Source: Thermoplasmata archaeon
GTDB taxonomy: Archaea; Thermoplasmatota; Thermoplasmata; Lutacidiplasmatales; UBA184
Direction of reading: 5' to 3'
Length of the DNA: 64,000 nt
Assembly (NCBI GenBank): GCA_035297125.1
Contig: DATGZQ010000068.1
Coordinates: 17,095 to 81,094, forward strand
The notes beneath the pieces are model-generated. The model was not told where the DNA came from. It was given only the letters and a program-made list of their open reading frames with translations, and searched no databases. Made by a program: the position numbers and the translations under genes. This document shows, piece by piece, positions 34,197 through 41,982 of this stretch. Each line of letters starts with the position of its first letter. Positions within the stretch are counted from its first letter, which is position 1.

Positions 34197-34746
34197 CCTC
34201 CCCACTTTCGTCCGCGCCCAGCGCTACATCGGCCAGCGCGTCACCGAGGCCCTCGAGCGGGTCGACGCGGCCGCGCTCTCGCGTGCGGTCGAGATACTCT
34301 CCCGCGCCCCCCAGATCTTCGTCTACGGAGCCGGGCGGAGCGGGATCGTCGGGCGAGCGTTCGCGATGCGTCTCGTCCAGACGGGGCTTCGGGCCTACGT
34401 CATCGGGGAGAGCGTGACCCCTATCGTCCGGAAGGGGGACACGGTGTTCATCCTCTCGGGCCAGGGCGAGAGCTATTCGTCCATGCAGACCGCGAACATC
34501 GTTCGCCGGGAGGGCGCGGACCTGATCGTCCTGACGGCACACGCGACCTCGAAGCTCGCGCACGCCGCTACGATCCTTCTCGCGCTCGAGTTCCCGGAGG
34601 AGCCCGAGCGGCCCCGGTTCGCCCCGCTCGGGACGCTGTTCGAGTCGGCGAGCCTGCGCCTCACGGACGCGATCATCGCCGAACTGCTGGCCGCCAGCGG
34701 CGAGTCAGAGGCTTCCATGCGCCGGCGTCACGCCATCATGGTGTAA
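34168..34746 (+). CDS. hxlB: 6-phospho-3-hexuloisomerase (SIS domain)
   Basis: IFVYGAGRSGIVGRAFAMRL...VIGESVTP...GDTVFILSGQGES pattern. Its GTG start overlaps the upstream gene by 29 nt. Confidence 0.8.
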   Translation: MTVVADVATSLPTFVRAQRYIGQRVTEALERVDAAALSRAVEILSRAPQIFVYGAGRSGIVGRAFAMRLVQTGLRAYVIGESVTPIVRKGDTVFILSGQGESYSSMQTANIVRREGADLIVLTAHATSKLAHAATILLALEFPEEPERPRFAPLGTLFESASLRLTDAIIAELLAASGESEASMRRRHAIMV

Positions 34747-34795
34747 CCGGTCCGGCCGGCCCAAACCTTAAGGAGACGCCACGCTCCCGGCCGAT

Positions 34796-35296
34796 GTGCC
34801 ACGGGCCCCGGTGTCGGCGAGCCAGACGCTGACCCCCATCCCCACCCGCTTTTTTGTAACGAGCGGCAAGGGAATCAACAAGACGAGCGAGCTCAACGCG
34901 TTCGACCTGGGTCTTCTCCAGGCCGGCATCGGAGAGCAGAACCTCGTCAGCGTCTCCTCGGTCCTCCCGATCGGCATTCGCCAGGTCGACCGCGTCCTGA
35001 TCGCCCGCGGGGCGATCACCCACTGCGTCCTCGCGCGCCACGCAGGCGGCGAGGGCGAGGTGATCAGCGCGGGGATCGCCTACGGGTTCCGGGCGGACGG
35101 CCAGGGCGGCTACGTCGCGGAGGGCCATCTCCACGGGACGCAGAAATCTCTCAAGGAGTTCCTCAAGTGGCGCATGGAGGAGATCGCCCACTTCCGGGGC
35201 GTCGAGCTGCGGCGCATCCACTACCGGACCGAGGAGCTCTCGATCCCGATGGACCATTATGGGGTCTGCATCGCGGCCTGCGTCTACCTGCCGTAG
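34796..35296 (+). CDS. pdaD: Pyruvoyl-dependent arginine decarboxylase
   Basis: PTRFFVTSGKG...NAFDLGLLQAGIGEQNLVSVSSVLP, including the Ser-Ser self-cleavage site. Confidence 0.85.
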   Translation: MPRAPVSASQTLTPIPTRFFVTSGKGINKTSELNAFDLGLLQAGIGEQNLVSVSSVLPIGIRQVDRVLIARGAITHCVLARHAGGEGEVISAGIAYGFRADGQGGYVAEGHLHGTQKSLKEFLKWRMEEIAHFRGVELRRIHYRTEELSIPMDHYGVCIAACVYLP

Positions 35297-35311
35297 ACCG
35301 CCGCGTAGCGG

Positions 35312-35647
35312 CTAGAGCAGCCGCCGGAGCAGGAGCTTGTCCTCGAGGCTGCCGTCGATCGAGAGCCTTCGGGTGACCAGCGCCTTCATCGGACCGATAT
35401 CCTTCTTGACGAGTCCGCGGAAGGTCGCCTCGTCGGTCGTGACGGTCACGTCGGCGTGGGCCGGTGCGCCGCTTCGCAGGTTGCGAAGCCGTCCCTCCGC
35501 GAGGTCGACCGAGTAGCTCCCGGAGTCCGTGAGGCGGATGACGATCGTCCGCGAGACCCCCTGCAGCTCCTCCGCCATCGCCGGGGTCTGCTCGACGTGA
35601 CGGTTGAACCGGTCAACGAGCGACGTGAGCGTCTCTTCGATCGTCAT
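35312..35647 (-). CDS. SCP2 sterol-carrier-like domain protein
   Basis: 111 aa. The ending ATFRGLVKKDIGPMKALVTRRLSIDGSLEDKLLLRRLL is typical of SCP2. Its ATG overlaps the rnhB stop (ATGA). Confidence 0.7.
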   Translation of the reverse strand: MTIEETLTSLVDRFNRHVEQTPAMAEELQGVSRTIVIRLTDSGSYSVDLAEGRLRNLRSGAPAHADVTVTTDEATFRGLVKKDIGPMKALVTRRLSIDGSLEDKLLLRRLL

Positions 35648-36318
35648 CGGTCGAACCGGTCGAGGGTGCGAGTCGGTAGCGCGGGGATAATCCTTTGCGT
35701 CGTGGCCCACGATTCGCGCAACCAGGCGGGCCGCGCGGCGTTGGCGCGGACGTGCGCCGTGACGAACTCCACCGTCCGTGCGTCCGATGGGTAGCCGCTT
35801 CCGACGTCGCATCCCAGGCTCGCGCCCAGGTTCGCCATCGCCCGGTCGCGCCACACCTTAGCCACGATAGAGGCAGCACCGACGAGCGGGAACAGCCGGT
35901 CCGCGTGGTGGCGGGATACGACCTGGACCCCCGGACCCGCCTCCTTGGAGACGCGCCGCCCGAAACGACTGGGATCCGTGTCGCAAGCGTCCACGAAGGC
36001 ACGGACCGGGGCGAACTCCCGGACGATCTGGCCGAAGGTCCTCGCCTCGAGGTCGTTGAGGCGTCCGTGCACGACATGCCGGTCGATCTCAGAGGGCGGA
36101 AGCTCGATCGAACGGGTCATCCCGATCTCCTCGATCCGCTGGTACACCTCCTCGCGGCGTGCCGGGGAGAGGAGCTTCGAGTCGCGGGCCCCGGCGTCCC
36201 GGAGGCGTTCCACGCCGTTCGCGGCGATGGCCACGGCGCCCACCACCAGCGGGCCGATCCAGGCGCCCCGACCCGCCTCGTCGACCCCGACGACGAACCG
36301 TGCGTCGTTGGACGTCAC
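35644..36318 (-). CDS. rnhB: Ribonuclease HII
   Basis: VVGVDEAGRGAWIGPLVVGAV and FVDACD motifs. Confidence 0.9.
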   Translation of the reverse strand: MTSNDARFVVGVDEAGRGAWIGPLVVGAVAIAANGVERLRDAGARDSKLLSPARREEVYQRIEEIGMTRSIELPPSEIDRHVVHGRLNDLEARTFGQIVREFAPVRAFVDACDTDPSRFGRRVSKEAGPGVQVVSRHHADRLFPLVGAASIVAKVWRDRAMANLGASLGCDVGSGYPSDARTVEFVTAHVRANAARPAWLRESWATTQRIIPALPTRTLDRFDR

Positions 36319-36369
36319 ACGGGTCCCGAATCCCTCAGGCGTTAAGATGCCTCAGGAGGTCGGTCACCG

Positions 36370-37269
36370 ATGACGCTCGACGGCCTCTCCGTGCCCATTC
36401 CCACGTTGTTCGGGCCGGACGGGTCGCTCGACCTAGGGCGCAATGCCCGGTACGCCCGCGCCCTCTCCGAGGCCCACGTCGACCATCTGTTCGTTCTCGG
36501 GTCGCTCGGCGAGTTCCCTTCGGTGTCGGACGAGGAGCGCCCGAAGCTGGTCGACATCGTGGTCGAGAGCGTGACGGGCAAGACCGACGTGTGGGTCGGC
36601 TGCGGCGCGCCGTCGACCCGCCAGGCGGTGGCGTACGCGGAGACGGCCGAATCCGTCGGCGCGACCGCGCTGGTCGCGGTGCCGCCGTTCTACCTTCACC
36701 CGACGCTCGAGAGCGTCGAGCAGTACTATCGGTCGATCCATGCTGCGGCCTCCCTGCCGCTCCTCGCCTACAACATCCCGTCGCTCGTAGGATACGCGCT
36801 GCCGGCGCCGTTCGTCCACCGGCTCGGAGCCGAAGGCATCTTGGCAGGCATCAAGGACACCGCCGGCTCGCTGTCGAGCGTGGAGTCGTTCCTGAACGGC
36901 CGACCGGAACGGTTCGCGGTGTTTCCGGGAGACGACCCTCTCGCCTCCGCGGCGATCGCTCACGGGGCCTCCGGGGCGGTGATGGGCCTCGCGAACATCG
37001 CGCCGAAACTCTGCCTCGAGCTCGTCGACCTCGGCCGCCGGGGAGACGCAGCGGGAGCCGGTGCGCGCCAGACCCTCGTCAACGAGCTCGCGGACGTCGT
37101 TCACGCGGGTCCGTTCCCGTCTACGGGGAAGTTCCTCTCGGCCCGGCTCCGCGGGGCGGACGTCGGCTACCGTGCGCCGTACGACCCGCTGTCCCCGGCG
37201 GAGGAACGAACGGTCCTTGACCGCCTATCGGCCGTCCTCCCTCGTCTCGCCCCGTACCTCGGGAAGTGA
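36370..37269 (+). CDS. DapA-family class I aldolase, probably 2-keto-3-deoxy-(phospho)gluconate aldolase
   Basis: GSLGEFPSVS, LLAYNIPSLVG and GIKDTAGS (Schiff-base Lys) motifs. The KDG-aldolase reading comes from translational coupling to the dehydrogenase downstream. Confidence 0.7.
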   Translation: MTLDGLSVPIPTLFGPDGSLDLGRNARYARALSEAHVDHLFVLGSLGEFPSVSDEERPKLVDIVVESVTGKTDVWVGCGAPSTRQAVAYAETAESVGATALVAVPPFYLHPTLESVEQYYRSIHAAASLPLLAYNIPSLVGYALPAPFVHRLGAEGILAGIKDTAGSLSSVESFLNGRPERFAVFPGDDPLASAAIAHGASGAVMGLANIAPKLCLELVDLGRRGDAAGAGARQTLVNELADVVHAGPFPSTGKFLSARLRGADVGYRAPYDPLSPAEERTVLDRLSAVLPRLAPYLGK

Positions 37270-38378
37270 GAGGCGTGCGCGCGATCGTGGTCCGGCCGCC
37301 AAGCCCCGGAGCGACCCTCGAGGACATTCCCGCGCCTCCCCTCGCGGCGGGGGCGGTCCGCGTGCGAGTCATCGAATGCGGGGTCTGCGGGACGGACCAC
37401 GATATCGTGGACGGAAAGTACGGGCGGCCGCCGGCCGGAGCACCCTACCTCGTCCTCGGCCACGAGAATTTCGGCGAGGTGCTCGAGGTCGCGCCGGGGG
37501 CGGTGGGGTTCTCCCCCGGAGACCTCGTCGTGGCCACAGTCCGCCGCGGATGCGGAAGCTGCCGGTTCTGTGCCGTGAACCGCTCCGACTTCTGCGAGAC
37601 CGGCCGGTTCACCGAGCGCGGGATCGGAGGCGCTCACGGGTACATGGCCGAGGAGTACGTTGACGTCCCGGAGTATCTTGTCAGGGTTCCCCCGCCGCTC
37701 GCTGCCAGTGCGGTGCTCCTCGAACCGCTCAGCGTCGTCGAGAAGGCGATCGAGCAGGGTCTCCAAGTGTTCGACCGGAAGGAGCCGACACCGGGTCAGC
37801 CTCGGGATCGGGCCCCGACCGCGCTCGTCGCGGGAACGGGGGCTATCGGCATGCTGGCCTCCCTCGTGCTCACCCTGCGCGGTTGCTCGGTGACGACCAT
37901 CGACCGCCACGGCGAGTCCACAGCCGCCGCGGCCCTCCTGCGGACCGCCGGGGCGCGCCACGTCAACGCGGCCGCCGGGCTCGGCGTCCTCGGCGACTCG
38001 CGGTTCGACCTCGTGCTCGAGGCGACGGGGTCGGCCACTCTCGACTTCTCGCTGCTCGAACGGCTCGGCCCGAACGGGGTCTTGGTGCTCACAGGCATCC
38101 CGGACGCGGCCCAGCCGCCGACCAGCGTTCCCGGTGGCGCCCTGCTCCGGGAGATGGTGCTCGGCAATCGCGCGATCGTGGGGAGCGTGAACGCGAACCG
38201 GAAGCACTTCGAGGCGGGCCTTCGCGACCTCCTGACGCTCCGAGAGCGCCACGCCGGTCTCTGCGAGAGCCTGGTCTCTGAACGACGGCCGATCGCGGAG
38301 TTCCACGCGGCGCTCGACCATCGGGCCGGCAGCTCGATCAAGACGGTGCTCACCGTGGGGGCCCCCGCCCAGACCTGA
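37266..38378 (+). CDS. Zn-dependent MDR dehydrogenase, glucose 1-dehydrogenase-like
   Basis: CGVCGTDHDIVDGKYG and LGHENFGEV motifs resemble the archaeal glucose dehydrogenases of Thermoplasma and Sulfolobus. Its GTG overlaps the upstream stop (GTGA). Confidence 0.65.
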   Translation: MRGVRAIVVRPPSPGATLEDIPAPPLAAGAVRVRVIECGVCGTDHDIVDGKYGRPPAGAPYLVLGHENFGEVLEVAPGAVGFSPGDLVVATVRRGCGSCRFCAVNRSDFCETGRFTERGIGGAHGYMAEEYVDVPEYLVRVPPPLAASAVLLEPLSVVEKAIEQGLQVFDRKEPTPGQPRDRAPTALVAGTGAIGMLASLVLTLRGCSVTTIDRHGESTAAAALLRTAGARHVNAAAGLGVLGDSRFDLVLEATGSATLDFSLLERLGPNGVLVLTGIPDAAQPPTSVPGGALLREMVLGNRAIVGSVNANRKHFEAGLRDLLTLRERHAGLCESLVSERRPIAEFHAALDHRAGSSIKTVLTVGAPAQT

Positions 38379-38436
38379 GCGCCGCGTGAAAGACTAAAAT
38401 ACGGCACCCCCGTCGGACGGCCTCTCGAGAGGGTCG

Positions 38437-38829
38437 ATGGGGATCTGGCAGGGCAGGTCGCGGCGGAAACCAACGGGCGGTCGCCTTCGACCGATCCGCA
38501 AGAAGCGCCGCTTCGAGATCGGCCGCGAGCTCCAGATCGCAACGATCGGCACGGGCACCGTGAAGACCTACCGCGTGCGCGGGGGGAACCGGAAGCTCCG
38601 GATCCTGACGACCCAGACGATCAACGTTTTCGACCCCGCGACGAAGAAGATGCAGTCCGCGAAGGTCGTCACGGTGCGGGAGAATCCTGCCAATCCGAAC
38701 TACGTCCAACGCAACATCATCACGAAGGGAGCGATCCTCGAGACCGACCTCGGCCTGGTGCGCGTCCGCTCACGCCCGGGGCAAGACGGGGTCCTGAACG
38801 GGGTCCGCGTCGCACCGGCCGCGGGTTAA
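38437..38829 (+). CDS. rps8e: Ribosomal protein S8e
   Basis: MGIWQGRSRRKPTGGRLRPIRKKRRFEIGRE and RVRGGNRKLR motifs. Confidence 0.9.
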   Translation: MGIWQGRSRRKPTGGRLRPIRKKRRFEIGRELQIATIGTGTVKTYRVRGGNRKLRILTTQTINVFDPATKKMQSAKVVTVRENPANPNYVQRNIITKGAILETDLGLVRVRSRPGQDGVLNGVRVAPAAG

Positions 38830-38848
38830 GCTCCGTCCGGCGGGCCCG

Positions 38849-39148
38849 ATGCCCGACCATTTCTACGTCTATCCCCAGTACCTAGAGAAGGGGCTCTCGC
38901 GCGCCCGCGGGCGACGGATCCCGGCGGGGGAGGGTCTCGTCGACCCGACGGCGGAAGAGATCGCCCAGGCCGCCAAGAAGCTCGGCACCAAGGCCGAGGT
39001 CGAGGAGAAGAAGCACTACCCGCGCCAGTTCTTCCAGTACTCGGGTCGCGTAAAGGTCTCGAAGCGCGAGCGGATGAAGAAGGCCCAGTTCCTGCGGGCC
39101 CTGGCCGCCGAGGTCCACCGGTTGCGGGCGCAGGCCGGGAGGAAGTAG
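38849..39148 (+). CDS. srp19: Signal recognition particle protein SRP19
   Basis: YVYPQYLEKGLSRARGRRIP, 99 aa. Confidence 0.85.
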   Translation: MPDHFYVYPQYLEKGLSRARGRRIPAGEGLVDPTAEEIAQAAKKLGTKAEVEEKKHYPRQFFQYSGRVKVSKRERMKKAQFLRALAAEVHRLRAQAGRK

Positions 39149-39940
39149 GTGGAGGAACCCGGGACGGTCTATTTCACGGGGACCGCCGGCGCGGGCAAGA
39201 CGACCTTCGTCCGCGCCTTCGCCGACTGGATGAAGGGCCAGGGATACGACGCGACCATCCTCAACCTCGACCCGGGCGCGGAGAGCCCCGACCTCAACCC
39301 GGACGTGGACATCCGCGAATGGGTCCGGCTGGCCGACATCCAGGACGAGTACGGTCTCGGACCGAACGGGGCCCAGATCGCGGCCGCCGACATGATCGCC
39401 CTGAAGATCTTCGAGGTGAAGCAGGCCGTCACCGAGCTGAAGACCGACTACGTCCTCGTCGATACGCCCGGCCAAGTGGAGCTGTTCGCGTTCCGCGAGG
39501 CGTCGAAGGCGATCGTGGATGCGCTGAGCGGCGACCGGTCGGTCCTGGCCTTCCTCTACGATCCGGCGCTTGCTCGGACACCGGTGGGGTTCGTCTCTCT
39601 GCTCATGCTGAGCGCGACCGTCGAATTCCGGTTCCGGCTCCCGCTCGTTAACGTCCTGACGAAGTCCGACGTCCTCACCCCGGCCCAGCTCGCGGAGATC
39701 AGCTCCTGGTCGGATTCGCCAGGCGAGGTCTACGACGCACTCTCGAGGGACGCGGCCACGCTGGACGGGCAGCTCTCGACCGAGCTCCTCCGTGCGATCG
39801 AGGTGATGGGTCCGCTCTCCGGACTCCTGCCGACCTCCTCGAAGGAGGGGATCGGCATGGACAACTTCTACCGATCGTGCCAGCGGGTGTTCTTGGGCGG
39901 CGAGGACCTCGAGCCGTCCCACTCGGCGGAGCCGGAGTAG
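39149..39940 (+). CDS. GPN-loop GTPase
   Basis: GTAGAGKTT P-loop, LNLDPGAE (GPN loop) and VDTPGQVELF motifs. It starts directly after the srp19 stop. Confidence 0.85.
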   Translation: MEEPGTVYFTGTAGAGKTTFVRAFADWMKGQGYDATILNLDPGAESPDLNPDVDIREWVRLADIQDEYGLGPNGAQIAAADMIALKIFEVKQAVTELKTDYVLVDTPGQVELFAFREASKAIVDALSGDRSVLAFLYDPALARTPVGFVSLLMLSATVEFRFRLPLVNVLTKSDVLTPAQLAEISSWSDSPGEVYDALSRDAATLDGQLSTELLRAIEVMGPLSGLLPTSSKEGIGMDNFYRSCQRVFLGGEDLEPSHSAEPE

Positions 39941-39944
39941 GCGC

Positions 39945-40247
39945 CTACTCTTCGGTGAAGAAGAGTCCCATCCCTGCGGACGCGGCCTCTTCCTCTTCCT
40001 TGAACCGGGCGAGGAGCGCATCCGATTCGGGCGGGGTGATCTTCTTCCCGACGGGGCCAAGAAGTTCCTCCGCGCGACGGATCGCCTCCGGGGCTCCCTC
40101 GACCAGCACGTAGAGGGCGTCCGCGGCTCCCCCGAGGGCGGCCGCGGCCCGGACCTTCTGGCTCTGGCGGGATACGATGTCGTCGCGGAGCGCGGCATCG
40201 AGCTCCGTGCGCTTCGCGGACGGTACGGTGTAGATCGTCCAAGCCAT
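39945..40247 (-). CDS. Hypothetical 100-aa protein with a ribosomal-stalk-like acidic C-terminus
   Basis: Only the last 100 codons of the listed 276-aa ORF look protein-like. It ends KEEEEAASAGMGLFFTEE. Confidence 0.5.
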   Translation of the reverse strand: MAWTIYTVPSAKRTELDAALRDDIVSRQSQKVRAAAALGGAADALYVLVEGAPEAIRRAEELLGPVGKKITPPESDALLARFKEEEEAASAGMGLFFTEE

Positions 40248-40332
40248 GCGCGCGCGCGACCCCGACCGCCTATTTGGGGGTTGTGCGGCGGGCCCCCCCG
40301 GCGCCCGGAGCGGTGGCGCGAGCCGAAGGGAG

Positions 40333-41076
40333 ATGAACCGCGCCGGGTCTCCTTCTCCCGTGACCGCCCCTTCGCAGTCCGTGCCGTGGGTCCTGATCGG
40401 GGCGGCCCACGTCGTGGACCTGACCGCGCCGCTGCGGGCCACGCTCGCAGGGCGGCCGCTCGATGGGATCGCGATCGAGCTTGACCAGGAACGGGCGGCT
40501 GCGATGTTCGCACCGCCGGGCCAGGCGGCCCAGAGGTCCGGCGGCCCGCTCTTCGCCAAGCTCTGGTCGATTCTCCAACGGCGGCTGGGCGCCTCCATCG
40601 GTGGCGGCCTCCCCGGGGCGGAGATGAGGACCGCGATGGCGGTCGCCCGCGAGCGGAACCTCCCGGTCTTCCTGATCGACGACCCGATCCGGATGACGCT
40701 CGTGAGCCTGGTGCGGTCGATGCCGTTCAAGGAGCGCGTGGGGCTCCTGTTCGGCTCGGTCGTGGGGCTGTTCATCCCGAGCCGGGTCGTGGTCGGCGAG
40801 ATGGAGCGCTACACCGATTCGCCGGAGGAGTTCGTGGAGGAGCTTCGCCGCGTGAGCCCGACGATCGCGCGCGTTCTGCTCGACGAGCGCAACGAGCACA
40901 TGGCGGACCGGCTCGTTTCCCTTCGCGACCACGGGGTCGCCCACCTCGCGATCGTCGTAGGCGACGCCCACGTCTCCGGGCTCGGGGCGGCGCTGGCCCG
41001 GCGGGGGATCACGGTCGAGTCGGTCCCGTTCCGGGTGCTTCGGGGCGCTACAGCACCGTCATCGACGCCTGCGTAG
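40333..41076 (+). CDS. TraB/GumN-family protein
   Basis: LIGAAHVV, ELDQERA and LLDERNEHMADRL motifs. Start set at the internal ATG. Confidence 0.6.
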   Translation: MNRAGSPSPVTAPSQSVPWVLIGAAHVVDLTAPLRATLAGRPLDGIAIELDQERAAAMFAPPGQAAQRSGGPLFAKLWSILQRRLGASIGGGLPGAEMRTAMAVARERNLPVFLIDDPIRMTLVSLVRSMPFKERVGLLFGSVVGLFIPSRVVVGEMERYTDSPEEFVEELRRVSPTIARVLLDERNEHMADRLVSLRDHGVAHLAIVVGDAHVSGLGAALARRGITVESVPFRVLRGATAPSSTPA

Positions 41077-41923
41077 CCGACTCGATCGCCTTCTCGAACG
41101 CCGCGCTGAGGGCGGTAAGCTCCGCGGAGCTGTGGTCCTCCAGACGGCCCGCATCCGCGAGCTCGGAGATCCGGGGGGCCAGGGGCAGGCGGCCGAGCAC
41201 CGGGATGCCGTACTCCTCGGCGATACGTGCGGACTTGCCCGCGCCGAACAGGTCGATCCTCTTGTCGCAATGCGGGCAGGTCAGCCAGGACATGTTCTCG
41301 ACCAGGCCCAGCAGCGGGACGTGGAGGTCCCGTGCCATGTTCATCGCCTTCTTCACGATCAGCGCGGCGAGGTCCTGGGGCGTCAGCACGAAGACCATCC
41401 CGTCGATCGGGATGGTCTGGAAGACCGTGAGCGGGACGTCGCTCGTTCCCGGAGGCATGTCGATCAGAAGGTAGTCCAGGGCGCCCCAGCGGACCGAGCC
41501 GAAGAACTGGGTGATGAGCCGGGTGACGAGCGGACCCCGCCAGATGACCGGGGTCTGCTCGTCCTCGACCATGAACTGCGACGAGACGATCGAGATCCCT
41601 CCACGCGAGGCAGCGGGCTCGATCCCCTCCCCTCGGTCCACCAGCGGCCCGGTGACGCCGAGGGATTTGGGAATGGACGGGCCGGTGATGTCCGCGTCCA
41701 GGATCCCGACGGTCCGGCCCCGACGACGGAGCTCGGAGGCGATCATCGCCGTCACGGCGGACTTGCCGACGCCGCCCTTTCCGCTGCCGATGGCCACGAC
41801 GTGGCGGATGCCCCCTTTGTCCATGCGCTGGAGGAGCCCACGCGGTCCCCGAGCCGGGTTGGCGGTCGGAGGGGCGTGGCCGTGGGGCGGTTCGCTCCCC
41901 GCTCCGGGAGGTGCACCGCTCAT
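41048..41923 (-). CDS. Mrp/NBP35/ApbC-family Fe-S cluster carrier ATPase
   Basis: Deviant Walker A SGKGGVGKS, DMPPGTSD and CPHCDKRI motifs. Confidence 0.85.
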   Translation of the reverse strand: MSGAPPGAGSEPPHGHAPPTANPARGPRGLLQRMDKGGIRHVVAIGSGKGGVGKSAVTAMIASELRRRGRTVGILDADITGPSIPKSLGVTGPLVDRGEGIEPAASRGGISIVSSQFMVEDEQTPVIWRGPLVTRLITQFFGSVRWGALDYLLIDMPPGTSDVPLTVFQTIPIDGMVFVLTPQDLAALIVKKAMNMARDLHVPLLGLVENMSWLTCPHCDKRIDLFGAGKSARIAEEYGIPVLGRLPLAPRISELADAGRLEDHSSAELTALSAAFEKAIESATQASMTVL

Positions 41924-41942
41924 GCGGTTTCCACGGTGTAAT

Positions 41943-41951
41943 CATATATAA
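41943..41951. promoter_or_regulatory. Bidirectional TATA-like box (catatataa) between the mrp-like and acd genes
   Basis: It lies about 35 nt upstream of the acd ATG at 41983 and about 22 nt upstream of the minus-strand start at 41923. Confidence 0.4.
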
Positions 41952-41982
41952 CGCGCAACCCGTCGGTCACTGGTTCCTGTCG

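Noticed and set aside
40248-40775. Upstream 176 codons of the 276-aa minus ORF, and the 233-aa minus ORF 40270..40971
   Set aside because: They lie antisense to the TraB-family gene with low-complexity composition. Only the last 100 codons (39945..40247) are protein-like.
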